This document shows positions 1 to 12,500 of a DNA stretch of 64,000 nt, in pieces. Every line of letters begins with the position of its first letter. The first letter of the stretch is position 1. Position numbers and translations under genes: made by a program. The notes beneath the pieces are model-generated. The model was not told the origin of the DNA and made no database searches. It saw nothing but the letters and a program-made list of their open reading frames with translations. The DNA is taken from contig OX597827.1 of assembly GCA_951406725.2 (NCBI GenBank), positions 67,270,001 through 67,334,000 of the forward strand. Direction: 5' to 3'. Source of the DNA: Octopus vulgaris. Its lineage: Eukaryota.

Positions 1-5
1 CCAAA

Positions 6-418
6 CTAGCAGCATAGCCCGCCGTTGCCCGGGTATATAAGAGCACCTAGTAGGCAACGACTAATCCCAATCTAGTTCTTTCCCTCTAGGGAACGAAGGC
101 GCATGTGTAGGTTGCAATGTCTTCTCTTCACTCGAATTCTTCTATGTATACGATGTTCCTAGCTGTCTCCCGACAGAAAATGTGTTGCATATAAAAAGCT
201 TAGATTCTCGACCACATGTCGAATTTATCAATTTTTTTCAGAACTGGGGGAACTTTTCAAAATTTTCGCTGCGTTAGTTTTGAATTATGACATTGGGCTA
301 TGTGTATGTCAAGTTTCATCAGAATCGGTTGAAAGTCGTGGTCAGGGTGAGGGTACAACCTGACAGCCACACAGACACACAGACAGACAAACTGCCGTTT
401 ATATAGAGAGAGAAGAGA
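6..418 (-). mobile_element. Non-autonomous Helitron-like element
   Basis: The minus strand starts A|TC...TCTCTATATAAA (~418) and ends in a GC hairpin (CCCGGGCAACGGCGGG) followed by CTAG|T (6-9). It has an internal (CAGA/CA)n. The 3' end closely matches the element at 34862-35246. Confidence 0.6.
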
Positions 419-490
419 TACCAGTAATTTACGCTTGATGTAACATTCATTTTATTTGTCATGAATTTTCACATTATTGTAATTTTGATA

Positions 491-683
491 CCAGTATAGT
501 AATGATAGCGCAAAAACCTTACATGCTAGAGCAAAAATGATTGCCGATTCGGAATCAGCGCTCTCAAATTACCTATGAATACTATTTTGTGTAATAGAAG
601 CAGGGGAAATTTTGTTGCCTAGTGTAATCCATTTATTTGTGTAATGTCTCAAGTCTTCAACACGTAAAGATTTACCAATATAA
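491..683. repeat. Direct repeat copy 1 (193 bp) flanking a SINE
   Basis: Matches 1027-1216 with about 5 substitutions and one 3-bp indel. Confidence 0.95.
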
Positions 684-1025
684 TGGAAGCACTCCGTCGG
701 TTACGACGACGAGGGTTCCGGTTGATCCGAATCAACGGAACAGCCTGCTCGTGAAATTAACGTGTAAGTGGCTGAGCACTCCACAGACACGTGTACCCTT
801 AACGTAGTTCTCGGGGATATTCAGCGTGACACAGAGAGTGACAAGGCTGGCCCTTTGAAATACATGTACAACAGAAACAGGAAGTAAGATTGAGAGAAAG
901 TTGTGGTGAAAGAGTACAACAGGGATCACCACCATCCCCTGCCGGAACCTCGTGGAGCTTTCATACGACCGCAATCATACGACCGCGAGTCCGCTGCCCT
1001 AACCACTGGGCCATTGCGCCTCCAC
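684..1025 (-). mobile_element. tRNA-derived SINE, family A (B-box segment deleted)
   Basis: Head TGGAGGCGCAATGGCCCAGTGGTTAGGGCAGCGGACTCGCGG. The body is near-identical to 63720-64000. The B-box region is replaced by a short GCGGTCGTATGA duplication. Confidence 0.85.
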
Positions 1026-1026
1026 T

Positions 1027-1216
1027 CCAGTATAGTAATGATAGCGCAAAAACCTTACGTGCTAGAGCAAAAATGATTGCCGATTCGGAATCAGTGCTCT
1101 CAAATTACCTATGGGTACCATTTTGTGTAATAGAAGCAGAAATTTTGTTGCCTAGTGTAATCCATTTATTTGTGTAATGTCTCAAGTCTTCAACACGTAA
1201 AGATTTACCAATATAA
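1027..1216. repeat. Direct repeat copy 2 (190 bp) flanking a SINE
   Basis: Copy of 491-683. Confidence 0.95.
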
Positions 1217-1539
1217 CTTGAACGGAGACGTATTAGAAATTTAAGACATACAAAAAAAATGCTATATTTTCAATTTTCGTTTATTTCCTGAAATGTCAAA
1301 TTCTCGTCCTTGTTGCTAACAGAATTTCACTCATTCTGATGAGAATACGTTACTGGAGAGATTTTGCAAGCCTCGAGGATTATTCTTCAGTATTCTCGTT
1401 TCTATAACGTTTCTATATTTTGTCGTTCTTTTCTTGATTTTCTTCTCAAATTGAAGCAAAATAATAACTCATTCAAACCACAGGACTAAGGAGACACAGA
1501 GAAAGAAAAAGTGAACAGAAATTGATAGAATGTTTACCC

Positions 1540-1846
<307 letters not shown>

Positions 1847-2579
1847 TTATATAACGACTCGATTGTATGTGGTTTTCAGGAGATATGATAGAAATTTGTA
1901 AATGACGAAAAGTTTTGACAGCTCAAGGAATAGACGAAGAGTAAAATAAATGATTTTGTGTGTTCTTAAATAGGTAAAATGGCTATTCATTGATGTAAAT
2001 GCTTCGGGTAGAAAACATAGTCTCTCATGTAGTCACTAGCCAGACAATTAGCTTTTAGAAATATAGATGAGGAGGAAAAAGAATAAACGAAAGACGGCAT
2101 AGGAAATTGAAGACATGCAGCAAGCAACCAATAAGAACTTACTAGCAAACTTATTTAATAGATAGCAATAGAACAGCATTTGCTAAGGTTGCAAGATATA
2201 AGCCGACCATCTATGCTACTTAAAAAATAGACAATAATACAATGATACATCGAAAGAGGATATACCAGTGGATGTGTATGCGTATGAGTCTGTGTGTGTT
2301 TGTGTGTGTGAGAGAGAGAGAGTGTGTGTGTGTGTGTGTGTGTGTACTAATTTTCGCTTTACTTAATACGACGAACTTAACACCTGTTACAATAACTGAA
2401 GTTCCATAAAAGAATCACTTACTTCGCTAAAGCAACACTTGTCTATCATCATTGTTCAACATGTATCTATAAGAGATTTATAAGCATAATATATTGCAGT
2501 TTTGTTTCGAATACACACGCACACGCACACACACATACACACACACACAAACACACAGAGAGACATATGCACATGCATG

Positions 2580-2670
<91 letters not shown>

Positions 2671-2810
2671 CGGGAGAGATAGAAGAACGTGTATAGATTA
2701 ACGATTACAGATAATGAATCTTACAAACCAGATACGCAAATGAAATCGAACTCACAACCTCATTTTAGCGAGCGCGTCTCTCTTACGGTTGAGTCATGAG
2801 CCTTCACACG

Positions 2811-2865
<55 letters not shown>

Positions 2866-3018
2866 ACACACACATACACACACACACGCTAAGTTAAGGG
2901 GGTGTAACACACCAAAACCGGTTGTCAAGAGGTGCTGGCGGACAGACAGGCAATCACACACTCACGCACACACAAACACACACACACATATTTACACATG
3001 CATATGTATATATATATA

Positions 3019-3074
<56 letters not shown>

Positions 3075-3295
3075 ATGGATGTATATGTATGTATGTGTAT
3101 ATATATATTGTCCGAAGTGTACAGTATTATATATCCATCACGGATGACCTTACCGATCGCTTTCGCGCTAGAGATACAACGGAGTGTTAGGTAACAATCC
3201 GTTTATATAATCCTACGCTCATCAAAGATAACCGCTATTGGCAGATGTACGAGTGTATCTTTTTCCTCAATTATGAAATTTTAGACGACTTACGA

Positions 3296-3332
<37 letters not shown>

Positions 3333-4366
3333 ATATTTTCTCCATACCAAAATGCAGTGATTTGCTTTCGCACGTATATTTGTATATCTCAAGCGTATTT
3401 GAACTTGTAACAAGTTTATATTCTTATAGATACGTAGATATTCACACGCACTCACACATGTATATATATATACTTATGTGTATATCTAAGTATGTATATA
3501 TTTGTACGTATGCACATGCGTATGCAGTTATAGACGTAAATTCATAAATGGATAAAAACAAAATCTATCTTCTAGGATATATATCTATTATGACTTTGTC
3601 AATAATTTAGACTAGAGTTAAAGTCTGTCATGCTTTTCAGTGAAGAAAATGGTATTTATATTTACTCATATGGTATTTCTATGTGTCTGGTCTAGCATGA
3701 ATCTTGTAGGAAAATACGAAACGAGGCATATATATTTTTTCTTTCTTGAAAATGAAGACAAGAAATTGCGGATAATGCTTATAAATCCTCGTGTATGAAT
3801 AACTGTGAACGACTAGTCATAAACTGTTCGAATTTTTTTGGGCAAAGGGTCGATAAGTACTTCATTTATATGTTCTAATGCATACAAAGGAAGTTTTAAA
3901 AGATATTCAATTCTATTACCCCGATTACATACTATGGTTTCACGTAGTGTATTTTAATATCTATTTTCATATATTTTAATAGATATTTAGATATATATTT
4001 TCAAACGTTATTCTTCAAATATCTACCAGAGTGTGTACACGTACACACGCACGCACACAAACACACACATACGCACACAGTGAAATACACATATATACAT
4101 ACATGTACGTATATATGCTTTCATATAAACATATGCAAAATATAAAAATGCATGTATATGCGTGTGTATATCTGTGTGTTTGCGTGCGTATACACATTCA
4201 TATACTTATGTATACGCATATGTATATATATGTGTGTGTGTGTGTGTTTATGTGTGTGTGTTTATGTGTGTGTGTATGTGTGTGTGTATATACACGATAA
4301 CGATTTATAGATAGACTCTTACACACACACATATATATATGGGTGTGCATATATATATATATATAT

Positions 4367-4496
<130 letters not shown>

Positions 4497-5062
4497 GTGC
4501 GTGTGTTTGAGTATGTAACATTTTTCTAATTGTTTTCTCATCTGGTATTATATGTAATGAACTTGTATTGTAATGTAACGTATTACACACATTTTTTATA
4601 ATACTTTCGTTTCTAATTTTAACTCTTCTCTTATTTTTAACTTTCTCCTTTACGTGTCGGTAATGTGTTTTTTTTTCTTTCTAATTCACTTATTTGCATT
4701 GCTTTCTTGAGAAGTCACATCTATTTTTTGCTACTTTGCTCCACGATGTTTCTTTTCAATTCTTCTGGCTACTTCGTTTTTCCAATCTTTTTGTGTCTTT
4801 AATTTTTTTTTTTTATTTCACTTAACATTTTGGCAATTTTCAGTATTTACTCCGTGTTGTAAATAAAACAATTTTAACCCTGATTTTAATCTTTTTTTCT
4901 TTTTTTTTTCTCTTATATTTCATAGGTAAGTAACAAAGTGAACCATACAATATTTCGCTGACTCCTTCGGTCTTCGCCATCTGTTGTTCGCCTGTCTATT
5001 TTTTCCCTAGGTATGTAAACATTGATAACCCTCAATATCATTTCATTATAATGTATTGTCTC

Positions 5063-5844
5063 AAGGCGGCGAGCTAGCAGATACGTTAGCACGCCGGGCG
5101 AAATGCGTAGCCGTATTTTGTCTGCCGTTACGTTGTGAGTTCAAATTCCGCCGAGGTCGACTTTGCCTTTCATCCTTTCGGGGTCGATAAATTAAGTACC
5201 AGTTATGCACTGTCGTCGATATAATCGATTTGTCTGTCCTTGTTTGTCCCGTCCACGTGTAGCCCCTTATGGGTAGTAAAGAAACAAGAAACGTTAGCAC
5301 GCCGGGCGAAATGCGTAGCCGTATTTTATCTGCCGTTACGTTGTGAGTTCAAATTCCGCCGAGGTCGACTTTGCCTCTCATCCTTTCGGGGTCGATTAAA
5401 TAAGTACCAGTTACACACTGGGGTCGATATAATCGACTTAATTCGTTTGTCTGTCCTTGTTTGTCCTCTCTGTGTTTAGCCCCTTGTGGGTAATAAAGAA
5501 ATAAGTATCTCCTCTGCCTCTACGTTCTGAGTTCAAATTTCGCCGAAGTCGACTTTGCTTTCGGGGTCGATAAATTAAGTACCAGCTACGTACTGCGGTC
5601 AATCTAATCGACTGCTCGCCCTCCACCAAAATATCTGGCCTTTAATCTAGAATAGAAAGGAATGGTTAGCACGCTGGACGAAATTCTTAGCGGTATTTCG
5701 CCTGTCACTAAGTTCTGATTTCAAGTTCCGCAGAGATCAGCTTTGCCTTTCATCCTTTCGGGGTCGATAAGTTAAGTACCTGTTCAGTACCGGGGTTGAT
5801 GTAATTAACTATCCACGTCCCCCAAATTTCAGACCTTGTGCCTT
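5063..5844 (+). mobile_element. tRNA-derived SINE family B, multimeric (about 4 internal units)
   Basis: Head AAGGCGGCGAGCTAGCAGATACGTTAGCACGCCGGG and B-box-like GAGTTCAAATTCC. The core GACTTTGCCTTTCATCCTTTCGGGGTCGATAAATTAAGTACC repeats about every 180-230 bp. Confidence 0.85.
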
Positions 5845-5851
5845 TACATTA

Positions 5852-6120
5852 GTTACATTTGACGGATATTTGTCCTTATCTTGTTTGTTGTTAACACAAC
5901 GTTTCGGCTGATATACCCTCCGGCCTTCATTAGGTCTCTTGTGGAAATTTCGAACCTGGGTTCTCATTCCTAAGGTACTTTTCGATGTTAATATTATAAT
6001 AAGAATAACATCGAAAATTACCTTAGGAATGAGAACAAAGGTTCGAAGGGTATATCAGCCGAAACGTGGTGTTAACAACAAACAAGATGAGAACAAATAT
6101 CCGTCAAATGTAAATAATGT
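5852..6120. mobile_element. Inverted-repeat remnant of Penelope-like pseudo-LTRs with a degenerate hammerhead
   Basis: 5852-5990 is the reverse complement of 6003-6120 (the right arm has a deletion). Minus 5893-5937 reads GAC-CTAATGA-A-GGCCG..CAGCC-GAAA-CGTT-GTGTT. Confidence 0.6.
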
Positions 6121-6124
6121 AAAT

Positions 6125-6430
6125 CACGTGATCATGTGACTGACCAGACCATCAGATGTTGCTACACATCGCTGGTCACAATGCGTTCGCATTGTTTTAG
6201 CCTTCGAATGACGCCGCCCCGCTGGCTAAGCGAGCAGGCCAACAGAAGAAAGAGTGAGAGAAAGAGTGGTGAAAGAGTACAGCAGGGATCACCACCCCCT
6301 GCCGGAGCCTCGTGGAGCTTTAAGGTGCTTTCGCTCAATAAACACACACAACGCCCGGTCTGGGAATCGAAACCGCGATCCAACGACCGCGAGTCCGCTA
6401 CCCTAACCACTGGGCCATTGCGCCTCCACA
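6125..6430 (-). mobile_element. tRNA-derived SINE, family A head with an alternative 3' tail
   Basis: Same head and central part as 63720-64000, including the A-box and GGTTTCGATTCC B-box, but an unrelated 3' ~120 bp. Confidence 0.85.
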
Positions 6431-6654
6431 AATAATATAAATAATATACATAATTCCTCTCGTCTCTTAAATAATAGAAGTGCTTGTGCCTTTAGCAGAA
6501 CAGAATGTTTTCAACTGAAAGAATCCACTAGACAAGATAGGTAGGAAAGACTTAGCGGCCTTTTTTGTCTGGCTTTATAAGTTCTGAGCTTTTAATTCCG
6601 TCCAATTCGACTGTGACTCTCAATCTTTACGAGTCGAAAAAAACAAGGTAACAG

Positions 6655-6935
6655 TCAACTACTACTACTACTAGTGTTACCTCCACCACCACCACCACAC
6701 ACCACTACTACTACTGCTACTACTACTGTTGCTGCTACTACAACTGCTGCTACTAATGCTGCTGCTACTACTAATACTACTAATACTACTAACACTACCA
6801 CTACTACCACCACAATCACCGACATTACTACTACAACTACTACTACTACTACAACTACTGCTACAACGACTACTACTACCCCACTAACCACTACTACTAC
6901 CACGAACACTACTTCTACTACTGCTACTACTGCTG

Positions 6936-6992
<57 letters not shown>

Positions 6993-7191
6993 TTGCTGCT
7001 GCTGCAACTACTACTACTATTGCTACTGCTACTACTACTACTACTACTGCTACAACGACTACTACTACCACTAACCACTACTACTACCACGAACACTATT
7101 TCTACTACTGCTACTACTGCTGCTACTAATACTGCTACTATTACTACTACTACTATTGCTGCTGCTGCTACTACTATTACTATTGCTGCTG

Positions 7192-7238
<47 letters not shown>

Positions 7239-7250
7239 GATGCTACTACA
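6655..7250. repeat. (ACT/GCT)n trinucleotide low-complexity array with an internal ~190-bp duplication
   Basis: Direct reading. The block GCTACAACGACTACTACTACC..CACGAACACT occurs at ~6860 and ~7049. Confidence 0.9.
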
Positions 7251-8078
7251 TCAAATATTTGTAATAGAAGTAGTAGTATTCCTAGTTCATTCGTCACTGA
7301 ATATATCTTTAGCACGTACAGATTATGGCTGGAGAGATGAGGTGCGATCCACCGATCTATCATTGGTGAGGCGATCGATTTTTTTTTTTTTTTTTTTTTT
7401 TTTTTGACATCTAATCAAGTGTCTGGTAACGACTTCTTTTCGAGTCGGAGCATTAGTTGTGTTCTGTAGTTTTATTAGATCTGTTGTATTTATGTAACAG
7501 GATGTAGAAGAGCTTAATTGTGATATATTTTCCGCCATTTAGGGTAATAAATATTGTTTAAGTGTTATTTGATTCTACATTTTCGCTAGTAATTGGTTTT
7601 TACGTAGTTACCAACGTACGGTGACGTAGAAAGAGAAAGAGAGAGACAGAGAAAAAGATAATTCCCGCGATAGCTGTTGCTAACTGCAACTTTCAGATGT
7701 ATAGGAAAGAAAATGCAAATCACTTCTGTGTTTAAGAACGACTACCCGAAAAGCAGTAGTAACAGAAACGAATATAAACGGTTGTGGTGATAGTATCGTT
7801 TACACTAAAATGAAGGAGGTTTTAGGAATGAATTTGATTATAGCAATTTAAATACGTATTCCAAATACCTGCAATAACCATGGGAGATAATATGATTGTT
7901 TAATCTGTTTGAAATTACGGCGAGATCCTAACCCTTTCAAATCTGAAATGAATTCACTGGATCTTATGGCCGCTGGAAGCTTTAAGCGGATGGATAGTTT
8001 AGGGCCTTTGAGCATGGAGCAGTTTAATCGGGGTTGACCCGAGGGTAGCAAAGAACAAGGCGAGGGTAGCCAAAAACA

Positions 8079-8714
8079 AAGGTGGCGAGCTGGCAGAAAC
8101 GTTAGCACGCTGGGCGAAATGCTTAGCGGCATTTCGTCTGCCGCTGCGTTCTGAGTTCAAATTCCGCCGGGGTCGACTTTGCCTTTCATCTCATCGGGGT
8201 CGATTAAATAAGTACCATTTACGCACTGGGGTCGATATAATCGACTTCATCCCTTTGTCTGTCCCTGATTGTCCCTTCTGTGTTTAGCCCCTTGTGGGTA
8301 GTAAAGAAATAGGTATTTCGTCTGCCGTTACGTTCTAAGTTCAAATTCCGCCGAGTTCGACTTTGCCTTTCATCCTTTAGAGGTCCATAAATTAAGTACC
8401 AGTTACGCACTAGAGTCGATGTAATTGACTTAATTCGTTTGTCTGTCCTTGTTGGTCCCCTCTGTGTTTAGCCCCTTGTGGTCAATAAAGAAATAAGTAA
8501 CCTTACCATGCTGGGCGAAATGATTAGCAGGATTTCGTCTGCCGTTACGTTCAGAGTTCAAATTCCGCCGAAGTCGACTTTGCCTTTCATCCTTTCGGAG
8601 TCGATAAATTAAGTACCAGTTAAGCACTGGGGTCGATATAATCGACTTAATCCCTTTGTCTGTCCTTTTTTGTCCCCTCTATGTTTTAGCCCCTTGTGGG
8701 CAATAAATAAATAA
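8079..8714 (+). mobile_element. SINE family B, trimeric
   Basis: Same head and repeated core as 5063-5844. Confidence 0.85.
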
Positions 8715-9060
8715 GGACAAGGGGAGGAGAAATGACACACTAATAATTACCAGAGCAATAGCAGAGTGTGGAAAAGCGTGGCCTAGCGGTTGATGAGTTG
8801 TGCTTTGGAGCAAAGCATTTCATTCCCCATTACTTTAGACCGCTAAGCTGCAATTGAGTAATTCTGTGATGAGCTGGCTTCTTATTGAGGGGGGAAATTA
8901 TTATCTGGGTCGTTTATTCGTTATGGACCCCGAGTAATCGGCCTTATGAGAACTAGGGCTCGAGACAATAACGTCCAGAGGACTTGCTTTCTCAATAGCA
9001 GTGATGGTAGGATATGATTTTTGCCGGCGTACTAACGATTCTTACATGTTTCTGCATTAA

Positions 9061-9073
9061 TGAATAATAATAA

Positions 9074-9120
<47 letters not shown>

Positions 9121-9209
9121 TAATAATAATAATAATAATGATAATAATAATAATAGTAATGGTAATAATAATAATAATAATAATGATAATAATAATAATA
9201 ATAATAGTA

Positions 9210-9254
<45 letters not shown>

Positions 9255-9257
9255 GTA

Positions 9258-9300
<43 letters not shown>

Positions 9301-9314
9301 TAATAATAATAATG

Positions 9315-9365
<51 letters not shown>
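9061..9365. repeat. (AAT)n microsatellite
   Basis: Direct reading. Confidence 0.98.
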
Positions 9366-9399
9366 GTTGTTTCAAGTTTTGTTCAAAGCTCGTCATGTC

Positions 9400-9800
9400 G
9401 GGGACGGGGATGAGTCGATTACATCGACCCCAATGCTCAGCTGGTACTTACTTCATAAAATCCGAAAGGCTGAAAGACAAAGTCCGTCTCGGTGGAATTT
9501 GAACACTGGAATTAAAGACGGACGAAACCCTGCTAAAGATTTTAGCACAGTGAGCTAAAGATCAATGATGATAATAATAAAGGTTTCAAATTTTAGCATA
9601 AAACCAGCAATTTCGGTGGTGGTGGAGGGGTGCTTGAGTCGATTACACCTGTCACAGTGCTCAGTGGTACTTATTTTCTTGAACCCGAAAGAATGAAAGG
9701 GAAAATGGTGGGGTGGGGCTTGAACTCAGAACGTAAATAATGATAGACGACTTGGATTAAAGTATTTCGCTGGGAATGCTAACAATTCTGCCAACGTCGG
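9400..9800 (-). mobile_element. Degenerate SINE family B copies
   Basis: Reverse-complement core motifs GGTACTTA..CCGAAAG..TGAAAG and GGAATTTGAAC occur twice. Confidence 0.65.
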
Positions 9801-9986
9801 CGATGCTGTTGTTGGGGACGCCATCGCTGCTGACGTCGATGAGAAAGACGAAGGCAAAGACGGTGACGACGACGACGTTGTTGTTGTTGATGACGAGGGT
9901 GAAGAAGGGGATGATGATTATGATGATGATGATGATGAAATGCACTTTCGCCAGTGTATTTATCATATGTTTGTTTATTTGCTACC

Positions 9987-10050
<64 letters not shown>

Positions 10051-10057
10051 TTTATTA

Positions 10058-10126
<69 letters not shown>

Positions 10127-10129
10127 CAT

Positions 10130-10164
<35 letters not shown>

Positions 10165-10168
<4 letters not shown>

Positions 10169-10379
10169 GGTCCCGGGTTGAGTCGGGGTTAACCACAGTA
10201 AATAAGGTACTCAATACATTGCAGAGTAAAGTAATTTATTTTATAGAATGAGTTTACAGGACTAGAACTGTTTCATTCAGATGAAATCTTCAGGAAGCTG
10301 GCTGTCAAAATAAGCTTCCTGAAGATTTCATCTGAATGAAACAGTTCTAGTCCTGTAGAAGCTCCTTCTATAAAATAAA

Positions 10380-10382
<3 letters not shown>
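10165..10382. mobile_element. Penelope-like inverted pseudo-LTR pair inserted in (TA)n
   Basis: 10236-10299 is the reverse complement of 10313-10380. Each arm carries a hammerhead motif. The element is flanked by (TA)n on both sides. Confidence 0.7.
10313..10363 (+). ncRNA. Type I hammerhead ribozyme
   Basis: AGCTTC (stem I)-CTGAAGA-T-TTCA-TC-TGAA-T (stem II)-GAAA-CAG-TTCTAGTC-CTG (stem III)-TA-GAAGCT (stem I'). The predicted GUA cleavage is after 10357. Confidence 0.75.
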
Positions 10383-10415
<33 letters not shown>

Positions 10416-11464
10416 TACGTACGTCATATTTCCGTTTGTTGTCCTTTTATTTAATCCTGAAAATATTATTTATGTAGCGCACACACTCATTAAATTTTGA
10501 TGATGATGATGATGACGTCGACAAAAGGTGATGATGACGATGGTGAAGAGGTGGAGGAGGAAGGAGGAGGAGGAGGCGGATACTTAAATGATATCACGTG
10601 AACTGCCATCAGAGGAGAAATAAAAACCCATTCATCGAAACGAAAATAGCAAAGACACGATACGCTTTAGTGAGAAAGATGAAAAATATAGATCAAGTAG
10701 ATACAACATTCCTTTCATAATGTTATCTCCATGGTTTATCTCGATATCATCATCAATGTAGATAGATGCGTCGGCAATTATTTGGCTCAGCTGGTTGTCA
10801 TGTGCAGTGTTTTTGTACATATCTATCTCTCATGTAATCCATTTTCACGTTCGAAGCGTCCGATTGACGTAGCTTCTAAAATCGATCGTGTTTGAGAATT
10901 TACTCAGATTTAGCAATGATCAAGAAGCCGTGAATAATACAGTTAATCGTTTCATTTAAATGGCTGCAGTGTCTACACCCGATTCTAGAATATTCTTTTT
11001 TCACAGCTTTCCTTTTCTAATTATTCCTAGCTAGCCATTAGTACTGCGCAACAAAATGCAAACCTTCTATGTCTGTTTTTAGCCTGGCTTTCTCTTTGAA
11101 TTACTTCCGTTCTGTCGAATCTTACAGGGTATTGGTAAAAAGAACGATTTGTTTCCGTTATTCTTTGGTATATTTTTGAATTCCTTCATCATCTTGTAAA
11201 TTTAAACTGGTGTTTATTTTTACCTTTCCGCCATCTAAATCACATTTTTCCCCTCTAGTTAGTTGTCAATTTATACTTTAACATTTCCTTATAAAGCGAG
11301 AATCCATGTTTATTTTCTTCATGTTTTTCTTATAACAGTAATGACTTTCAGTTTGATTGCTTTTAAATAAGTTTATACCTTCACTGCTGTTACTCTATAG
11401 CAGTGTAACATCTGTATTACAACTGGCCGTCCTTCATTGAGTTCTAAGAATATTAGCTTTGTTT

Positions 11465-11800
11465 AAGGCGGTGAGCTGGCAGAAACGTTAGCACGCCGGG
11501 CTCGTCTACCGTTACATTCTGAGTTCAAATTCTGCCGTGGTCGACTTTGCCTTTCATCCTTTCGGGGTCGATTAAATAAGAACCAGTTACGCACTGGCGT
11601 CGATATAATCGACTTAATCCGTTTATCTGTCCTTGTTTGTCCTCTCTGTGTTTAGCCCATTGTGGGTAGTAAAGAAATAGGTATTTCCTCCGTCTTCACG
11701 TTTAACCGTTCCGGGGTCGATATAAAGACCACCAGTGGAGTACTAGGGTCAATACATCCTCCCTGAATTTGCTAGCCTTGTGCCAAAACTTGAAATTAAT
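11465..11800 (+). mobile_element. SINE family B
   Basis: Head AAGGCGGTGAGCTGGCAGAAACGTTAGCACGCCGGG, core, and GCCTTGTGCC tail. Confidence 0.8.
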
Positions 11801-12228
11801 ATTACCTTTGTGGTGCTAACTTCGAAATACTGTTGGTAATTGCATGAATTTTCTTTCTAAAATTTTCAGTTCAGTTAATTTCCATTTCGTATTTTTGAAG
11901 CTATAGACTACAAGAGCACAGGCTGACGCATTCAAATTTATTCTATATATTTTCTGTTTTATCTATTTTATAAATTAGGGGCAGCTATTGCTGCGTAGTT
12001 GAAGATTTCGTTTTGCAACCACGGTGCGTTGCATTTAACTACACTGCGCGGCACATTGACGATATATACACGTTAACAACATTCTTGAAGAAGAAGAAAC
12101 TTGTACTCTACGAAAGTATAGAGTGAGCCATCATACTAATGTAAAATTATTGGTATTATGACTGAACACAAAAACAAACATTAATACATACATGCACACA
12201 TCCATCCACCCATCCGTACATACATACA

Positions 12229-12310
<82 letters not shown>

Positions 12311-12312
<2 letters not shown>

Positions 12313-12500
12313 GTTGGCAATTTTTTTCCTCGGTCTCCCCTTCTCTGGATCTTTCCTTCTCCTATGTTTCCGACGAAGAGCTCCGCACGAAACGTTAAAC
12401 ACTTCCTTCTTTCCTACTTTTCTGAGCGGGCAATAATACTATACTTGTTCCACGTCCTCACATTGTTGTGTTTTCTCTTTGTGTTTTCATGTTTGGATTA

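Noticed and set aside
1337-1410. CTGATGA followed by a GAGAATAC/GTATTCTC stem, as a possible hammerhead
   Set aside because: There is no GAAA after the stem and no stem I or stem III.
5063-5844. CRISPR-like regularly repeated motif in family B arrays
   Set aside because: The intervening sequences are also repeated (no unique spacers), there are no cas genes, and the context is a eukaryotic SINE.
6674-7340. Thr-rich mucin-like ORFs
   Set aside because: An (ACT)n/(GCT)n array open in several frames on both strands, with no signal peptide, splice context or non-repetitive domain.
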